Below are positions 9,343 to 18,318 of a DNA stretch of 64,000 bases, piece after piece. The DNA comes from an uncultured virus (IMG/VR IMGVR_UViG_3300020120_000303) (Duplodnaviria > Heunggongvirae > Uroviricota > Caudoviricetes): IMG/VR virus record IMGVR_UViG_3300020120_000303. The stretch is one strand, 5' to 3'. The notes beneath the pieces are model-generated. The model was not told the DNA's origin. It made no database searches and was given only the letters and a program-made list of their open reading frames with translations. Within the stretch, counting starts at the first letter, position 1, and each line of letters begins with the position of its first letter. The position numbers and the translations under genes are program-made.

Positions 9343-9586
9343 TGGGCCCCTCTTTCGACGGCTTGTTCTCCACCGGGTCCCTCGCCTCGATCTCGGCCAT
9401 CAGCACGTTGATGACCATGCGCATGTTGTTGAAGTCGTGCCGGAGCTGCTTCACCTCCAGCGTCATCGATTCGATCTGAGCCTTGGTCCCGCTCTCGAGA
9501 GCCGAGGCCCTTCGCTCCAGCACCTCCAGCAGCTCATTGGCCTCGATAACCCTGCGTCTGAGGTCCTCCGGCATCGGCAGCGTCAT
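9329..9586 (-). CDS. Coiled-coil hypothetical protein
   Basis: Heptad pattern; follows the tail fibre gene. Confidence 0.55.
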   Translation of the reverse strand: MTLPMPEDLRRRVIEANELLEVLERRASALESGTKAQIESMTLEVKQLRHDFNNMRMVINVLMAEIEARDPVENKPSKEGPSGKR

Positions 9587-9608
9587 TCGCTACCTGCGGC
9601 CCGCTGGC

Positions 9609-10622
9609 CTACGTGGTCACCGAGGGCATCAGGTTGCACGCCATGTTGAGCGGCCCGTGATACAGGTCGCCCGGGTTCGAGCGGAGGATAGTTGCGCCCG
9701 CCGTGTTCTTGGCAGCCATCAGCGGGGCCGCACTGCCCGTGATGGGCACCGTCGTCGTGTTGGTCGCGACCAAGGCCTGGCCAATGTAGAAATACACGGC
9801 CTTAGTGCCGCCATCGTTCACGTTGGCGCCGCGGTACTCGATCCGCATCCGCATGTTGGCGCCCGCGCTAACGGCAACGCCGGTGTCGGTCATGGTCTCG
9901 CTGGTCGCGTCGCGCGTGACCGCCTGCCAATTCGCCTTCGTGATGTCGCGCAGGAAATAGCAGCCCGGGATCGTCCTCGGATCGCCGACGAAAACGTCGG
10001 TGATGCCGGCCATCACGTCCGGCCTGGTCGCGCCAGCATCGTCGCCGACGTTGAGGATCGTCTCCCAGGCGATGTCTGCATCGGCGTGGAAAGCGCACAT
10101 GGGCGCAGCCTGCAAGCCGTAGAACTGGTTGAGCACGTCGCCGGCGCAGATGCGGACCATGCCCATCCGATCGTTGGGCACGCCGGAGTATGTGGCCGCG
10201 GGCGGATGCACGAACACGATGCCGGTGGCGACGGCGCTGCAGATGTTGACCCAGTTGACGCCCGGATAGTTGGGCAGCACCCGGCCGCTGGGATCGCCCG
10301 ACAGCCCGGTGACGAAGGGCCATCGCTCCTGCATCTGCAGGTATGTGCCGGCGGGCAGGCCGTTGCGGTCGAGCGCCCAACGGGTGTGGCCCAGGGACGT
10401 GCGGCCGCGGAACAGGTGGCGGACCGCGGTGCTGGTGCTGCCCTTGGGCTTCATGGCCCGGGCCACGTGATTGACGATCACCTTGAATGCCTGGGCGATC
10501 GAGGCGGCGTTGGCCAGATCGCCATCGGCCGGCAGCGTGATCGCCGGCGTTGCCTCGGGCTTTTGCCCAACGTCAGGAGCCAGCGGCGCTGCATCCGGAT
10601 CGGCTGTGTAAGTCGTCGACAT
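9609..10622 (-). CDS. Putative tail fibre / receptor-binding protein
   Basis: Last gene of the baseplate module; N-terminal LPADGDLANAASIAQAF anchor and beta-rich C-terminus. Confidence 0.6.
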   Translation of the reverse strand: MSTTYTADPDAAPLAPDVGQKPEATPAITLPADGDLANAASIAQAFKVIVNHVARAMKPKGSTSTAVRHLFRGRTSLGHTRWALDRNGLPAGTYLQMQERWPFVTGLSGDPSGRVLPNYPGVNWVNICSAVATGIVFVHPPAATYSGVPNDRMGMVRICAGDVLNQFYGLQAAPMCAFHADADIAWETILNVGDDAGATRPDVMAGITDVFVGDPRTIPGCYFLRDITKANWQAVTRDATSETMTDTGVAVSAGANMRMRIEYRGANVNDGGTKAVYFYIGQALVATNTTTVPITGSAAPLMAAKNTAGATILRSNPGDLYHGPLNMACNLMPSVTT

Positions 10623-10634
10623 TCTCGTGCTCTC

Positions 10635-11321
10635 CTATCGCGGCGGGATAAACGATCCCGTGCCGCCCCAATTGAACGATCCCCAGGTGCGCGTTGTCGG
10701 CCAGCCCCACGTCGCGCCCGAGGCGATGATTGCGGTCCCGATGAAGTCGGCCTTGGCCGGGCGCCAGCGCCACACGATGCGGTTGAGCTTGGCGGCCGCC
10801 GCGCTGAAGCCCAGCAACGAATCCCATGTGATCGAAGGCTGCGCGGCCACGAAGAGCAGGCCGAATTCCGCGTATGCCTCGGGCGGCTTGCCGCTCCAGG
10901 TCCACACCGGCCCATCAGTGATCGTGGTGACGCCCAGGCTCGTGCGGGTCGAGCGGCGGCCGCTGCGCTGGATCACGTACAGGTTGGCGCGGTCGTAGCC
11001 CGCGATGTCGAGCTGCCCCAACAGCGCCCCGTGCGAGCCCATGCGCGGGAACACGTCCCAGGCCAGGCGCAGCCGCTCGCCATATTGGGCATTGGTCTCC
11101 GTCGGGCCGCGCTCGAGCTGTCGTTCGGCACCGATCTTGGCCAGCGCCTCGGTCGCCGGGGTCATCGTCGAGACGACGCCGGGCATCGACAGCTTGCGCG
11201 CCTGGATCATCTCGTCCGTGCACTCGTCGAGCTCGGCGCCGAGCGCCTTGATCAGTCGTCCGCTCCAGGTGCCCTGCAGCGCGGGGGGCGCGAGCTTTGG
11301 CAGCCAGTCCTCGTAGAGCAT
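10635..11321 (-). CDS. Baseplate wedge protein (P2 gpI / Mu gp48-like)
   Basis: TGATG overlap with baseplate J; ALAKIGAERQLERGPTETNAQYGERL motif. Confidence 0.7.
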   Translation of the reverse strand: MLYEDWLPKLAPPALQGTWSGRLIKALGAELDECTDEMIQARKLSMPGVVSTMTPATEALAKIGAERQLERGPTETNAQYGERLRLAWDVFPRMGSHGALLGQLDIAGYDRANLYVIQRSGRRSTRTSLGVTTITDGPVWTWSGKPPEAYAEFGLLFVAAQPSITWDSLLGFSAAAAKLNRIVWRWRPAKADFIGTAIIASGATWGWPTTRTWGSFNWGGTGSFIPPR

Positions 11322-12775
11322 CAGAGCACGATCCAGTTGAGCAAGGTGGCCAGCGAGCTGCCGGCCAAGGCCTGCATCACCTCGGTGCTGAGCACCGTGA
11401 AATCCGGATAGATCGCACTGCCGGTGGGGCCGATGAAGATGTCGAAATAATCGACCGCACCGGCGTCCATCAGGATCTGGATCAGCTTGGCCGCGCGGAC
11501 AGTTCCGCCGATCGGCAGGCCCGCGATGTAGACCTGCCAGGCCAACTGCGCCTCGGTCTGGATCCGGGTCAGGTCGGCCGCGTTGACCTCCACGTTGCCA
11601 GCGCTCTCGATGTCGACCACCGTGGCGGCGGCGACGAACGGGTGGTCTGTCACGCCGGCCCGCTGATCGATGTAGGCCTTCACTGTGCTGACAATGCCGG
11701 TCAGATCCGAGAGGCCAGCGATCAGAATATCCGTGCGGCCCGGGTGCGCGGCCGTGTTGTTGGGATTGACGGTCACCTTGGTGACCTGGGTCGAGGCCAG
11801 GCGCGCCCACTGCTCGTAGATGTCCGTGGTCGGGACCTCGGCCAGCGAGGGCCAGCGGGCCATCATCCGCGCGCCCAGCGCCTCCTTGGTCTCCTCATCC
11901 AGGCCTTGGAGCGCGATAGGCGAGCCGGGCGCGCTGAAGTCGTAGGTGTCGAGGTAGACGAACGAGGGGTTGGCGGTGCCCGCTACGAACGCCACCACAG
12001 TCCCCCCGGGCAGCACCACACCCGCGCTGGCGCAGCTGCCGGCGGGGATGTAGGGCGAGCCGTCCTGGCTGTACTCGAACGTGGCGACGTCGGGCTGGCC
12101 CGATGCCGTGATCCGCAGCGTGAACCGCGCCGGGCCCGTGGGCGTCCCGCCCAGCGACAGGGTGCCGGTCCCACTGCCGGCGTGGCCGACGGCCGAGAAG
12201 GTCGGGGCGCCGTTGATCGCGCTCACGCCCGGCAGCTGCTTGGTCAGCAGGGTGGTGATCTCACCTGCGACATCCGCGTAGGCCGCGCCCGGGCTCTCGG
12301 CTTTGAACTGCAGCGCCTTGTAGTCGGTGCCGTCGACGCCGCTGGGGCCAACGCCGGTGCCGATCGGGATCGTCCCGCCCTGGGCCAGGATGTAGCGGTT
12401 GCCTGACAGCGCCTGCACCACGAGGTCGCCGGCGGCGACGGTGTAGGGACCCACGCCCAGAGCCGCGTACAGCTTGACGGTCTGGACCGTGAACGAGGCG
12501 CCGATCTTGTCGATCGCGTAGTTCTGCTGGGCCAGCAGCGTCAGCCAATCCTCGTCGGCCTCGTCGACGAAGCCGCCGCCGGCGATGCGCGGTACGAGGC
12601 CCGCCACGTTGTCGGCGATGCCGGCAGCGGCCATCTCAACGAAGGTCCGGCCGTTCGCCCCTGGGGCGAAATCGGTGATGGGGAAGCCGTCGCTGTTGAG
12701 CCGGCCGAACAGCCGCTCGCGGATCTGGTCCTGTGTCAGCCCCGCGAGTAGCTGGTCGAATGTCAGGAGCGCCAC
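11321..12775 (-). CDS. Baseplate J-like protein
   Basis: ADEDWLTLLA, AESPGAAY, GLDEETKEALGAR and DIYEQWAR motifs. Confidence 0.85.
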   Translation of the reverse strand: MALLTFDQLLAGLTQDQIRERLFGRLNSDGFPITDFAPGANGRTFVEMAAAGIADNVAGLVPRIAGGGFVDEADEDWLTLLAQQNYAIDKIGASFTVQTVKLYAALGVGPYTVAAGDLVVQALSGNRYILAQGGTIPIGTGVGPSGVDGTDYKALQFKAESPGAAYADVAGEITTLLTKQLPGVSAINGAPTFSAVGHAGSGTGTLSLGGTPTGPARFTLRITASGQPDVATFEYSQDGSPYIPAGSCASAGVVLPGGTVVAFVAGTANPSFVYLDTYDFSAPGSPIALQGLDEETKEALGARMMARWPSLAEVPTTDIYEQWARLASTQVTKVTVNPNNTAAHPGRTDILIAGLSDLTGIVSTVKAYIDQRAGVTDHPFVAAATVVDIESAGNVEVNAADLTRIQTEAQLAWQVYIAGLPIGGTVRAAKLIQILMDAGAVDYFDIFIGPTGSAIYPDFTVLSTEVMQALAGSSLATLLNWIVL

Positions 12776-12817
12776 GACCCGACTCTACGGGGCCAGGACG
12801 GCAGCCTAAAGGTTTCG
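12776..12817 (-). promoter_or_regulatory. Phage promoter motif (CGAAACC-TTTAGG-N17-TAGAGT-N6-GTG)
   Basis: Directly precedes the baseplate J start codon. Confidence 0.65.
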
Positions 12818-12855
12818 CTGACCTATTGAGCTATGGACCTGGGGACCCGTGGACC
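12816..12855 (+). repeat. Array of five 8-bp degenerate repeats (YRTKGACC)
   Basis: CGCTGACC TATTGAGC TATGGACC TGGGGACC CGTGGACC. Confidence 0.6.
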
Positions 12856-12875
12856 CGTCGCGACGAGGACACGCC

Positions 12876-13502
12876 TCAGTAGGCGCACTCGTCGCAGCTC
12901 GCGACGCAGAGGATCCGCGAGACATCGTTGACCGATCCCCAGGGGGGGCTGGCCATGGTGCAGCCGCTGGCCGGCTGGGGCGCGGCCCGCGAGCCGCTCG
13001 CACAGGTGGCGCAGCGGCTGCCATCCTTGCGCTGCCAGCGGAAGTTGCCCGGGACCCCCGGTGCAGCAACGCCGCAGCTGCCCGTGAACTGGATCCCGTT
13101 TTCGCAGCCGGGGTAGACCACGTGCGCGGGCGGGTCGGCGTCGACCATCACCGGCGGGGTGCCGCCGTCCGCGGCGCCAGCGTCCGCCGCGCCCGTTTGC
13201 CCGCCGGTGCCCGGCATCGCGTCCGGCGCGGCCGGCAGCGCGTCCGGGGCCGCTTCCCCGCCCTGGCCACCCTGCCCGCCCTCGCCCGCCAGCGCGCCGC
13301 CTGTGCCCGTTTCCGGGGGCGTGGCGACGGGATCCTTCATGACGACCGGCTTGCCCTTCTCGGGGTCCTTCTTCACGGCGGGCATCGCGCCAACGCCCGC
13401 GTCACTTTGCAGCTCGGCGACGGGCGCGGCGGCGTCCGTCGTGGACATGTCGCAGGCGGCGAAAAGCAGTGCGGCGATGGCGATAATGCTGCTCTTGTTC
13501 AT
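12876..13502 (-). CDS. Lipoprotein with low-complexity linker and Cys-rich C-terminal domain (moron)
   Basis: Signal peptide with lipobox LFAAC; G/A/P/D-rich linker; several Cys in the C-terminal domain. Confidence 0.75.
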   Translation of the reverse strand: MNKSSIIAIAALLFAACDMSTTDAAAPVAELQSDAGVGAMPAVKKDPEKGKPVVMKDPVATPPETGTGGALAGEGGQGGQGGEAAPDALPAAPDAMPGTGGQTGAADAGAADGGTPPVMVDADPPAHVVYPGCENGIQFTGSCGVAAPGVPGNFRWQRKDGSRCATCASGSRAAPQPASGCTMASPPWGSVNDVSRILCVASCDECAY

Positions 13503-13548
13503 GGGTTCGGCTCCGTACCCCTGAACAACGGCAGGACCATCGCGGGAC

Positions 13549-13583
13549 TTGAGTTCCAGTTATACCGCCGTTATAGTTGACCC
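13549..13583 (+). promoter_or_regulatory. sigma70-type promoter of the TA operon (leaderless)
   Basis: TTGAGT-N17-TATAGT-N6-ATG; GTTATA repeated across the spacer and -10. Confidence 0.6.
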
Positions 13584-13814
13584 ATGTTGACCAAGCGTCT
13601 CGTCAAGGTGGGTGGGAGCTACGCCCTCATCATCGACAAACCGATCATGGAACTGCTGCGGCTGACCGGTGACACCGACTTCGAGGTGACCACGGACGGC
13701 CGCGCGCTGAAGATCGTGCCCAAGGTTCGCCACGCGACCCGCGAGCAGTTGGAGGCGGCCATGGCGCGGACCTTCGCCAACCACGCCGAAACCTTCGCCA
13801 AGCTGGCCAAGTGA
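13584..13814 (+). CDS. AbrB/MazE-family antitoxin
   Basis: KRLVKVGGSYALIIDKPIMELLRL...EVTTDGRALKIVP. Confidence 0.88.
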   Translation: MLTKRLVKVGGSYALIIDKPIMELLRLTGDTDFEVTTDGRALKIVPKVRHATREQLEAAMARTFANHAETFAKLAK

Positions 13815-14197
13815 TGGTCGAGCCGATCTTCCTCACGGTCGAAGACGTGGAGCTGATGCACGCCCGGGGCATCGCCCTTCACGGGGGCCAGCACGGCGTG
13901 CGCGATCGCGGGAGCCTCGAATCCGCGGTCGCCACGCCCCAGGCTGGTTTCGGTGGCGAGTACGCGCACCCGACGATCTGGCTGATGGCCGCGGCGTACG
14001 CGTTCCACATCGCCGAAAACCAGGCCTTCCTCGACGGCAACAAGCGGGCTGGGCTGATGGCCGCTTTGAACTTCCTCGACCTGAACGGCCACATCATCGT
14101 AGACACCACCGGCCTGTACGACGCCATGATCGCGATCAGCGCGCGCAAGATGGACAAGGCCGGGCTGGCCGCCCTGCTCGAATCGCTGGCCAGTTAG
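13811..14197 (+). CDS. doc: Doc/Fic-family toxin (death-on-curing)
   Basis: GVRDRGSLESAV, AAAYAFHIAENQAFLDGNKRAG; the Fic-motif His position is Gln. Confidence 0.9.
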   Translation: MMVEPIFLTVEDVELMHARGIALHGGQHGVRDRGSLESAVATPQAGFGGEYAHPTIWLMAAAYAFHIAENQAFLDGNKRAGLMAALNFLDLNGHIIVDTTGLYDAMIAISARKMDKAGLAALLESLAS

Positions 14198-15717
14198 GCC
14201 GCGTCGAGCAGGCCGAGGATCTCGACCGTGACCGCCGAGATGCCCAGCACCAGCGTGAAGGGCCCGGCCGCGGTCGTGCCCCGGATCGTCACCTTCATCG
14301 TCTCGGACGAGCGCACGAACAGCACGTCGGCGGTGATGGACTGCACGCGCTCGTCCTTGGCGCACTCGGCGGCGATCTCGTCGGGCAGCACCGCCATCTG
14401 TGAGTCGGTCACGCCCGCGTTCAGGTAGTCCCGCAGGTCAAAGCCGTAGCTCGGATCGTAGAACAGCCTGCCCCGCGGCGTGATCAGCCGGCGGGCCAGG
14501 GCCATGCCGAGATTCTGCAGGCCCGACGCCAGCGCGAAGGTCGGGGTGATGTCGGTCACACCGGCGAAGTCGACGCCCAGGTCGACGCGCGCATCGGGCG
14601 TCCGGCCCGACAGCGGCGCCACATAGGTGGGCGTCACCACCGGCGGCGCGGGCGGGTAGACCGGCAAGGCCGGGCACGCCGGACAGCCCGGGAACACGTA
14701 GATGGGCACATCGGTGCCGCTGGTCAAAGCACCGTCCCAGGGCACGAGCAGGCCGAACTGATCGGTGGGCCCGTACTTGAAGGACTTCTTGCCGTCGCGG
14801 GTGGCGAAGTCGCTGGAGGCCGGCGCGGTGGCGCTGCAGATGTAGACGTCGGGCATCCAGTAGCGGGCATCGTGCGTGGTCAGCGAGCGCAACCCGATCT
14901 TGTGCGCCGGGTAGGCGGCCCGCCACGGGTCCAGCCGGTTGAGCCAGAGGCTCGCGTGATCGATGTCCATCGATCGGTGCTCTTGCAGCGTCCCGTCCTG
15001 AAGCCGGCCCACGCAGCTGCCGTTCGTGCCGGTGAACAGAAACGGCGTCGCGCCGAAGGTCTGGTTGTTGCCGATGAAGGCGAGGTAGGGGTTGAGGTCG
15101 GCGGCGTGCGGCAGCTCGAGCGGGAAATAGCCCAGCAGCAGGCCGTCGGCGGTCAGGTCGGGCGTGGTGTCTCGATAGACGCCACTGTAAAAGCCGCGGC
15201 CATCCTTGCGCACAGCCAGGTAGAAGTACTCGTTCGACGTCGACTGCGGCGTGAAGGTGACGCCGGCCGTGTTCAGCTCGCGCGCCGCGATCGGTGACGA
15301 GGTGACGTCCGTTGGCCGCGTGGCCGTGCCTGTCCCACCGCCGCGCCAGGCGCCGCCGGTCTCGAACTTGTTGAGGGCGAACACGACCGTGATCACGGAC
15401 ACGGGCCCGCTGCTGGTGCCGAGCAGGAAGCAGACCTGGTGCCCGGTCGCGATGTTCTCGGCCACGGCCCAGATCGGGTTGCCCGCGCCGGCGACCTCGG
15501 TCTGCAGCTTGCCGGTCAGATAGTCGACGCCGTCGGGGGTCGCGCTGTAGGCCGCGCCCAGGGTGCCGTTGCGGGAGGTGCCGCGCACGCGCCACGGGCT
15601 CACCGGGTCAGCGAGCAGCCCGCCCCACATGGCCAGGAACCAGTTCCAGCGCAGGATCGTCGCGGATGCGCCCGTGATCGATTGCTTGGGCGTGATGGTG
15701 TAGTCAGTGTTGGCCAT
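14194..15717 (-). CDS. Baseplate wedge (gp25/GPW/Mu gp46-like C-terminal domain) with large N-terminal extension
   Basis: C-terminal NLGMALARRLITPRGRLFYDPSYGFDL...DERVQSI; Pro-rich linker to a ~340 aa N-terminal domain. Confidence 0.75.
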   Translation of the reverse strand: MANTDYTITPKQSITGASATILRWNWFLAMWGGLLADPVSPWRVRGTSRNGTLGAAYSATPDGVDYLTGKLQTEVAGAGNPIWAVAENIATGHQVCFLLGTSSGPVSVITVVFALNKFETGGAWRGGGTGTATRPTDVTSSPIAARELNTAGVTFTPQSTSNEYFYLAVRKDGRGFYSGVYRDTTPDLTADGLLLGYFPLELPHAADLNPYLAFIGNNQTFGATPFLFTGTNGSCVGRLQDGTLQEHRSMDIDHASLWLNRLDPWRAAYPAHKIGLRSLTTHDARYWMPDVYICSATAPASSDFATRDGKKSFKYGPTDQFGLLVPWDGALTSGTDVPIYVFPGCPACPALPVYPPAPPVVTPTYVAPLSGRTPDARVDLGVDFAGVTDITPTFALASGLQNLGMALARRLITPRGRLFYDPSYGFDLRDYLNAGVTDSQMAVLPDEIAAECAKDERVQSITADVLFVRSSETMKVTIRGTTAAGPFTLVLGISAVTVEILGLLDAA

Positions 15718-15944
15718 CAGCTGATGGTTCCCGTGGCCGCGCCGGTGACAGGCCCGCCCGCAGTGCCTGGTGGGGCCAGCAGCCCGGCGGGGTTCACGGT
15801 GACGACCCCCGCGGTTGTGAGGTGCTGGATCACGGCATCGGCCAGGGCCTCGAACGTCTTGGCCCTATCGGCTTTGTCCTCATTGCTGAGGGCGTCCATT
15901 TTGGAATGCATCAAGGCGCCGAGGACGGTCTTGCTCAGAGCCAT
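15717..15944 (-). CDS. Small baseplate/spike-associated protein
   Basis: MALSKTVLG...ALADAVIQHL...GPVTGAATGTIS; coupled to neighbours. Confidence 0.65.
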   Translation of the reverse strand: MALSKTVLGALMHSKMDALSNEDKADRAKTFEALADAVIQHLTTAGVVTVNPAGLLAPPGTAGGPVTGAATGTIS

Positions 15945-15948
15945 GGCA

Positions 15949-16410
15949 TCACTTCGCGTAGACCTTTGCGGCCAGGTTGCCGGCCACGTAGTGGGGCGCG
16001 CCCGTGAACTGGCAGGGCGTCCGCCCGACCACCAGCTGATCGAGCAACGGCTGCAGGTCCTCGGCCCCCAGCTCGATCTTCGCCGCCGTGATGCTGATCG
16101 TGAACACCTCTGCCCCCTTCTGGAAAAGGAAAGCATAGGCGCGCTGCGGATCCCCGTTTCTCCAGCCCACCATCACCATCGCCCCGGCCGGGATCGCGAC
16201 CGTCGCCCCGGGGATTCCGAGGTCGAGGGGCACCTGCGCCATGGCCGACGGCAGGCGCGAATCCTCGGGGGCCACGTCGACCGTGCTCCGGTCAGCCGAC
16301 TGCACCACGACCTTGGCGCTGTAGTATGCGAAGTAGTCAACGGTCGGTCTGCTGCTGCGGACGATCGCGAACAGCGCCTTCTTCATCGCGTCGGCCGCGG
16401 CCGAGGTCAT
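15949..16410 (-). CDS. Baseplate spike (gpV-like OB fold)
   Basis: TVDVAPED..VP...PAGAMVMVGWRNGDPQRAY; C-terminal CQFTGAPH metal-binding-like tip. Confidence 0.7.
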   Translation of the reverse strand: MTSAAADAMKKALFAIVRSSRPTVDYFAYYSAKVVVQSADRSTVDVAPEDSRLPSAMAQVPLDLGIPGATVAIPAGAMVMVGWRNGDPQRAYAFLFQKGAEVFTISITAAKIELGAEDLQPLLDQLVVGRTPCQFTGAPHYVAGNLAAKVYAK

Positions 16411-17066
16411 GCCAGCCATGCCGTCGCCCTCGCGCCTTCGCGGCCGATCCGGTGCTCGACGTAGTCGATCCGGTCATCGCCCAGGACCGTCGCCGGCAGC
16501 AGCGCGGGGCTGTTCAGGCCCAGCTCGAGGCGCCCCTCCCGCGGCATGCGGTCAAGTTCCCGCCATTCGCTGAGCGTCGAGTCGGGCCAGGTCTCGGCGC
16601 CGATCCAAAGGGTCCCGTCCGGTAGGAACCGCCAGGCCGTGCCGGCTGGCATCCCCGTCCCGACCAGGGCCGCCAGGGCCTCGCCCACCGGCATGCGCAG
16701 CGTGGTCCAGCCCGCGAGCGGCCGGCTCAGCAGGGCGGGATCGATCGTGGGCGACAGGGTCTCGCCTGCCGACGCGACGAGGTCAGTCAGCACGGTGCGC
16801 ACGGTCCCGCCGCCGTAGTGCTTGGGCGCCGTCTCCTTGCCGAGGCCCGCCTTGCCGGCAACGATGCGCGTGCACAGATAGCCGTAGGCCATGGTGCCCG
16901 CCACCACGGTGCCGACCAGGGTGGGCCCCTCGGCGATCTCGATCGAGATGGCGCCCTTGATGTCGATGGAGGCGTCCAGCTCGAGGTCGGCCGCCCAGAC
17001 ACCCACCCGCGGCAGCAGGATGTTCCCGCCGCGGACCGCGTAGCCCCCGGCCGTGAGCAGCGCCAT
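16407..17066 (-). CDS. Baseplate hub-like tail protein
   Basis: Lies between the tail-tip gene and the spike; TVRTVLTDLV...WRFLPDGTLWIG. Confidence 0.6.
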   Translation of the reverse strand: MALLTAGGYAVRGGNILLPRVGVWAADLELDASIDIKGAISIEIAEGPTLVGTVVAGTMAYGYLCTRIVAGKAGLGKETAPKHYGGGTVRTVLTDLVASAGETLSPTIDPALLSRPLAGWTTLRMPVGEALAALVGTGMPAGTAWRFLPDGTLWIGAETWPDSTLSEWRELDRMPREGRLELGLNSPALLPATVLGDDRIDYVEHRIGREGARATAWLA

Positions 17067-17774
17067 CTAGTCCGCCCCCTGGCGGCCCGCGGGCAGGGAT
17101 CCCTGCGTCGTGCCCGACGTCGTGCTCTGCCCCGGGCTCTTGCCCGCCTGGTTGACGGTGGCCGCGGGCAAGGTGTGCGTCGGCTTCAGCAGAGGCTCGT
17201 CGCCCTTGACTACCTTGGTTTTGCCGCTCTTGGGAGACGGCACGAACTCGAGGCACTTGATGTTGACGATCCGGCTCTGCGGCGCCGGGCCCGGCTTGGG
17301 CAGCGAGCGGCCGGTGATGACGACCAGGTTGATCTTCGCCTCCTGCAAGGTCGGGTGCCCGATCGTGACCGCCCTCTGTTCGGCCAGCGCGGCGCCCTTG
17401 GCGATCTGGCTGCGCTCGGCGCCGGTCTTGTCGATCGAGCTGAAGAACTGCACGCCGCGCTCGGAGAAGCCCGACGAGATCTTGCCTGGCCTGGTCCAGA
17501 CCAGATCCATCACCTGTTGGAACACGGCCCACTGCTCCTCGGTCCACATGAGGACCTCGATATCGATGGGCCCGGGCAGGTAGCCCTGCAGGATGATGGC
17601 CGCGCCGTCGCGGCCGGGGGCCTTCTCACGGCCATACTCCAGCGTCGGCAGCGCCTCGACGGAGCACTTGCCCGGCAGCTTCCTGCCGCCCAGGACCACG
17701 AGATCGTGGGGGTTGGGTGCGTACAGCGGGCCCTCGTAGCCCTGGGTTCCGCGGCCCCAGAATGTGGCGGCCAC
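17067..17774 (-). CDS. Tail tip / tube-initiator-like protein
   Basis: Follows tape measure and second tube; VLGGRKLPG..KAPGRDGA...HPTL pattern. Confidence 0.55.
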   Translation of the reverse strand: MAATFWGRGTQGYEGPLYAPNPHDLVVLGGRKLPGKCSVEALPTLEYGREKAPGRDGAAIILQGYLPGPIDIEVLMWTEEQWAVFQQVMDLVWTRPGKISSGFSERGVQFFSSIDKTGAERSQIAKGAALAEQRAVTIGHPTLQEAKINLVVITGRSLPKPGPAPQSRIVNIKCLEFVPSPKSGKTKVVKGDEPLLKPTHTLPAATVNQAGKSPGQSTTSGTTQGSLPAGRQGAD

Positions 17775-18314
17775 CTACGGCACCTCTTGTAGGTTGGAGG
17801 GCAAGATGTCGGGCCGCCAATCGATGGTCAGCTCGGAGTTTTCACCACCCTCGATCTCGGCCGTGCCGTAGATGATCGTGGTCGGATCCAAGGTGACCCG
17901 CACCTTGTTGGCCTCGTTGCCGTCCTGGCCGCTGAAGTCGATGTCGGTGATGCGGCAGCCTCGGATCACATGGGTCGTCACACCCTCGGGCGCGGCCGTC
18001 TTGGTCGAGGCCGACTCGTACATGAGCGGCTCGGCGAAGGCGACCTGGATGTCGAACGGGATGAGCCCGAAGCCGGGGCCCAACGTCTCGAGCAAGGCCT
18101 GAAACTCGTGTTGCAACATGTCGATGTCGCAGCGGTGATCGGCATCGCCCGGCGTCCGCCCCAGCTTCTCCGCGTCGGTGCCGCGGATGATCCCGGGCTT
18201 GAGGCTCGAGCCGTAGGCGATGCGGGTGATGCCGAGGAAGAGCCGATTGTTCGCGGTCAGATCGATGCTCGCGAAGCTGTACCGGTGGCCATTGATGAGC
18301 GCGCTGTCCGCCAT
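17775..18314 (-). CDS. Tail tube protein paralogue 2
   Basis: Aligns by eye with 20740-21219 (LINGHRYSFASID vs LIQGNFYSFASIE; GRTPG vs GTTRG; GCRI in both). Confidence 0.7.
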   Translation of the reverse strand: MADSALINGHRYSFASIDLTANNRLFLGITRIAYGSSLKPGIIRGTDAEKLGRTPGDADHRCDIDMLQHEFQALLETLGPGFGLIPFDIQVAFAEPLMYESASTKTAAPEGVTTHVIRGCRITDIDFSGQDGNEANKVRVTLDPTTIIYGTAEIEGGENSELTIDWRPDILPSNLQEVP

Positions 18315-18318
18315 GGCG

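Noticed and set aside
9483..11411. Long antisense ORFs (also 78-1412, 21218-22885, 30865-32424, 37096-38961)
   Set aside because: Expected stop-poor mirror frames of high-GC genes; no motifs or start signals.
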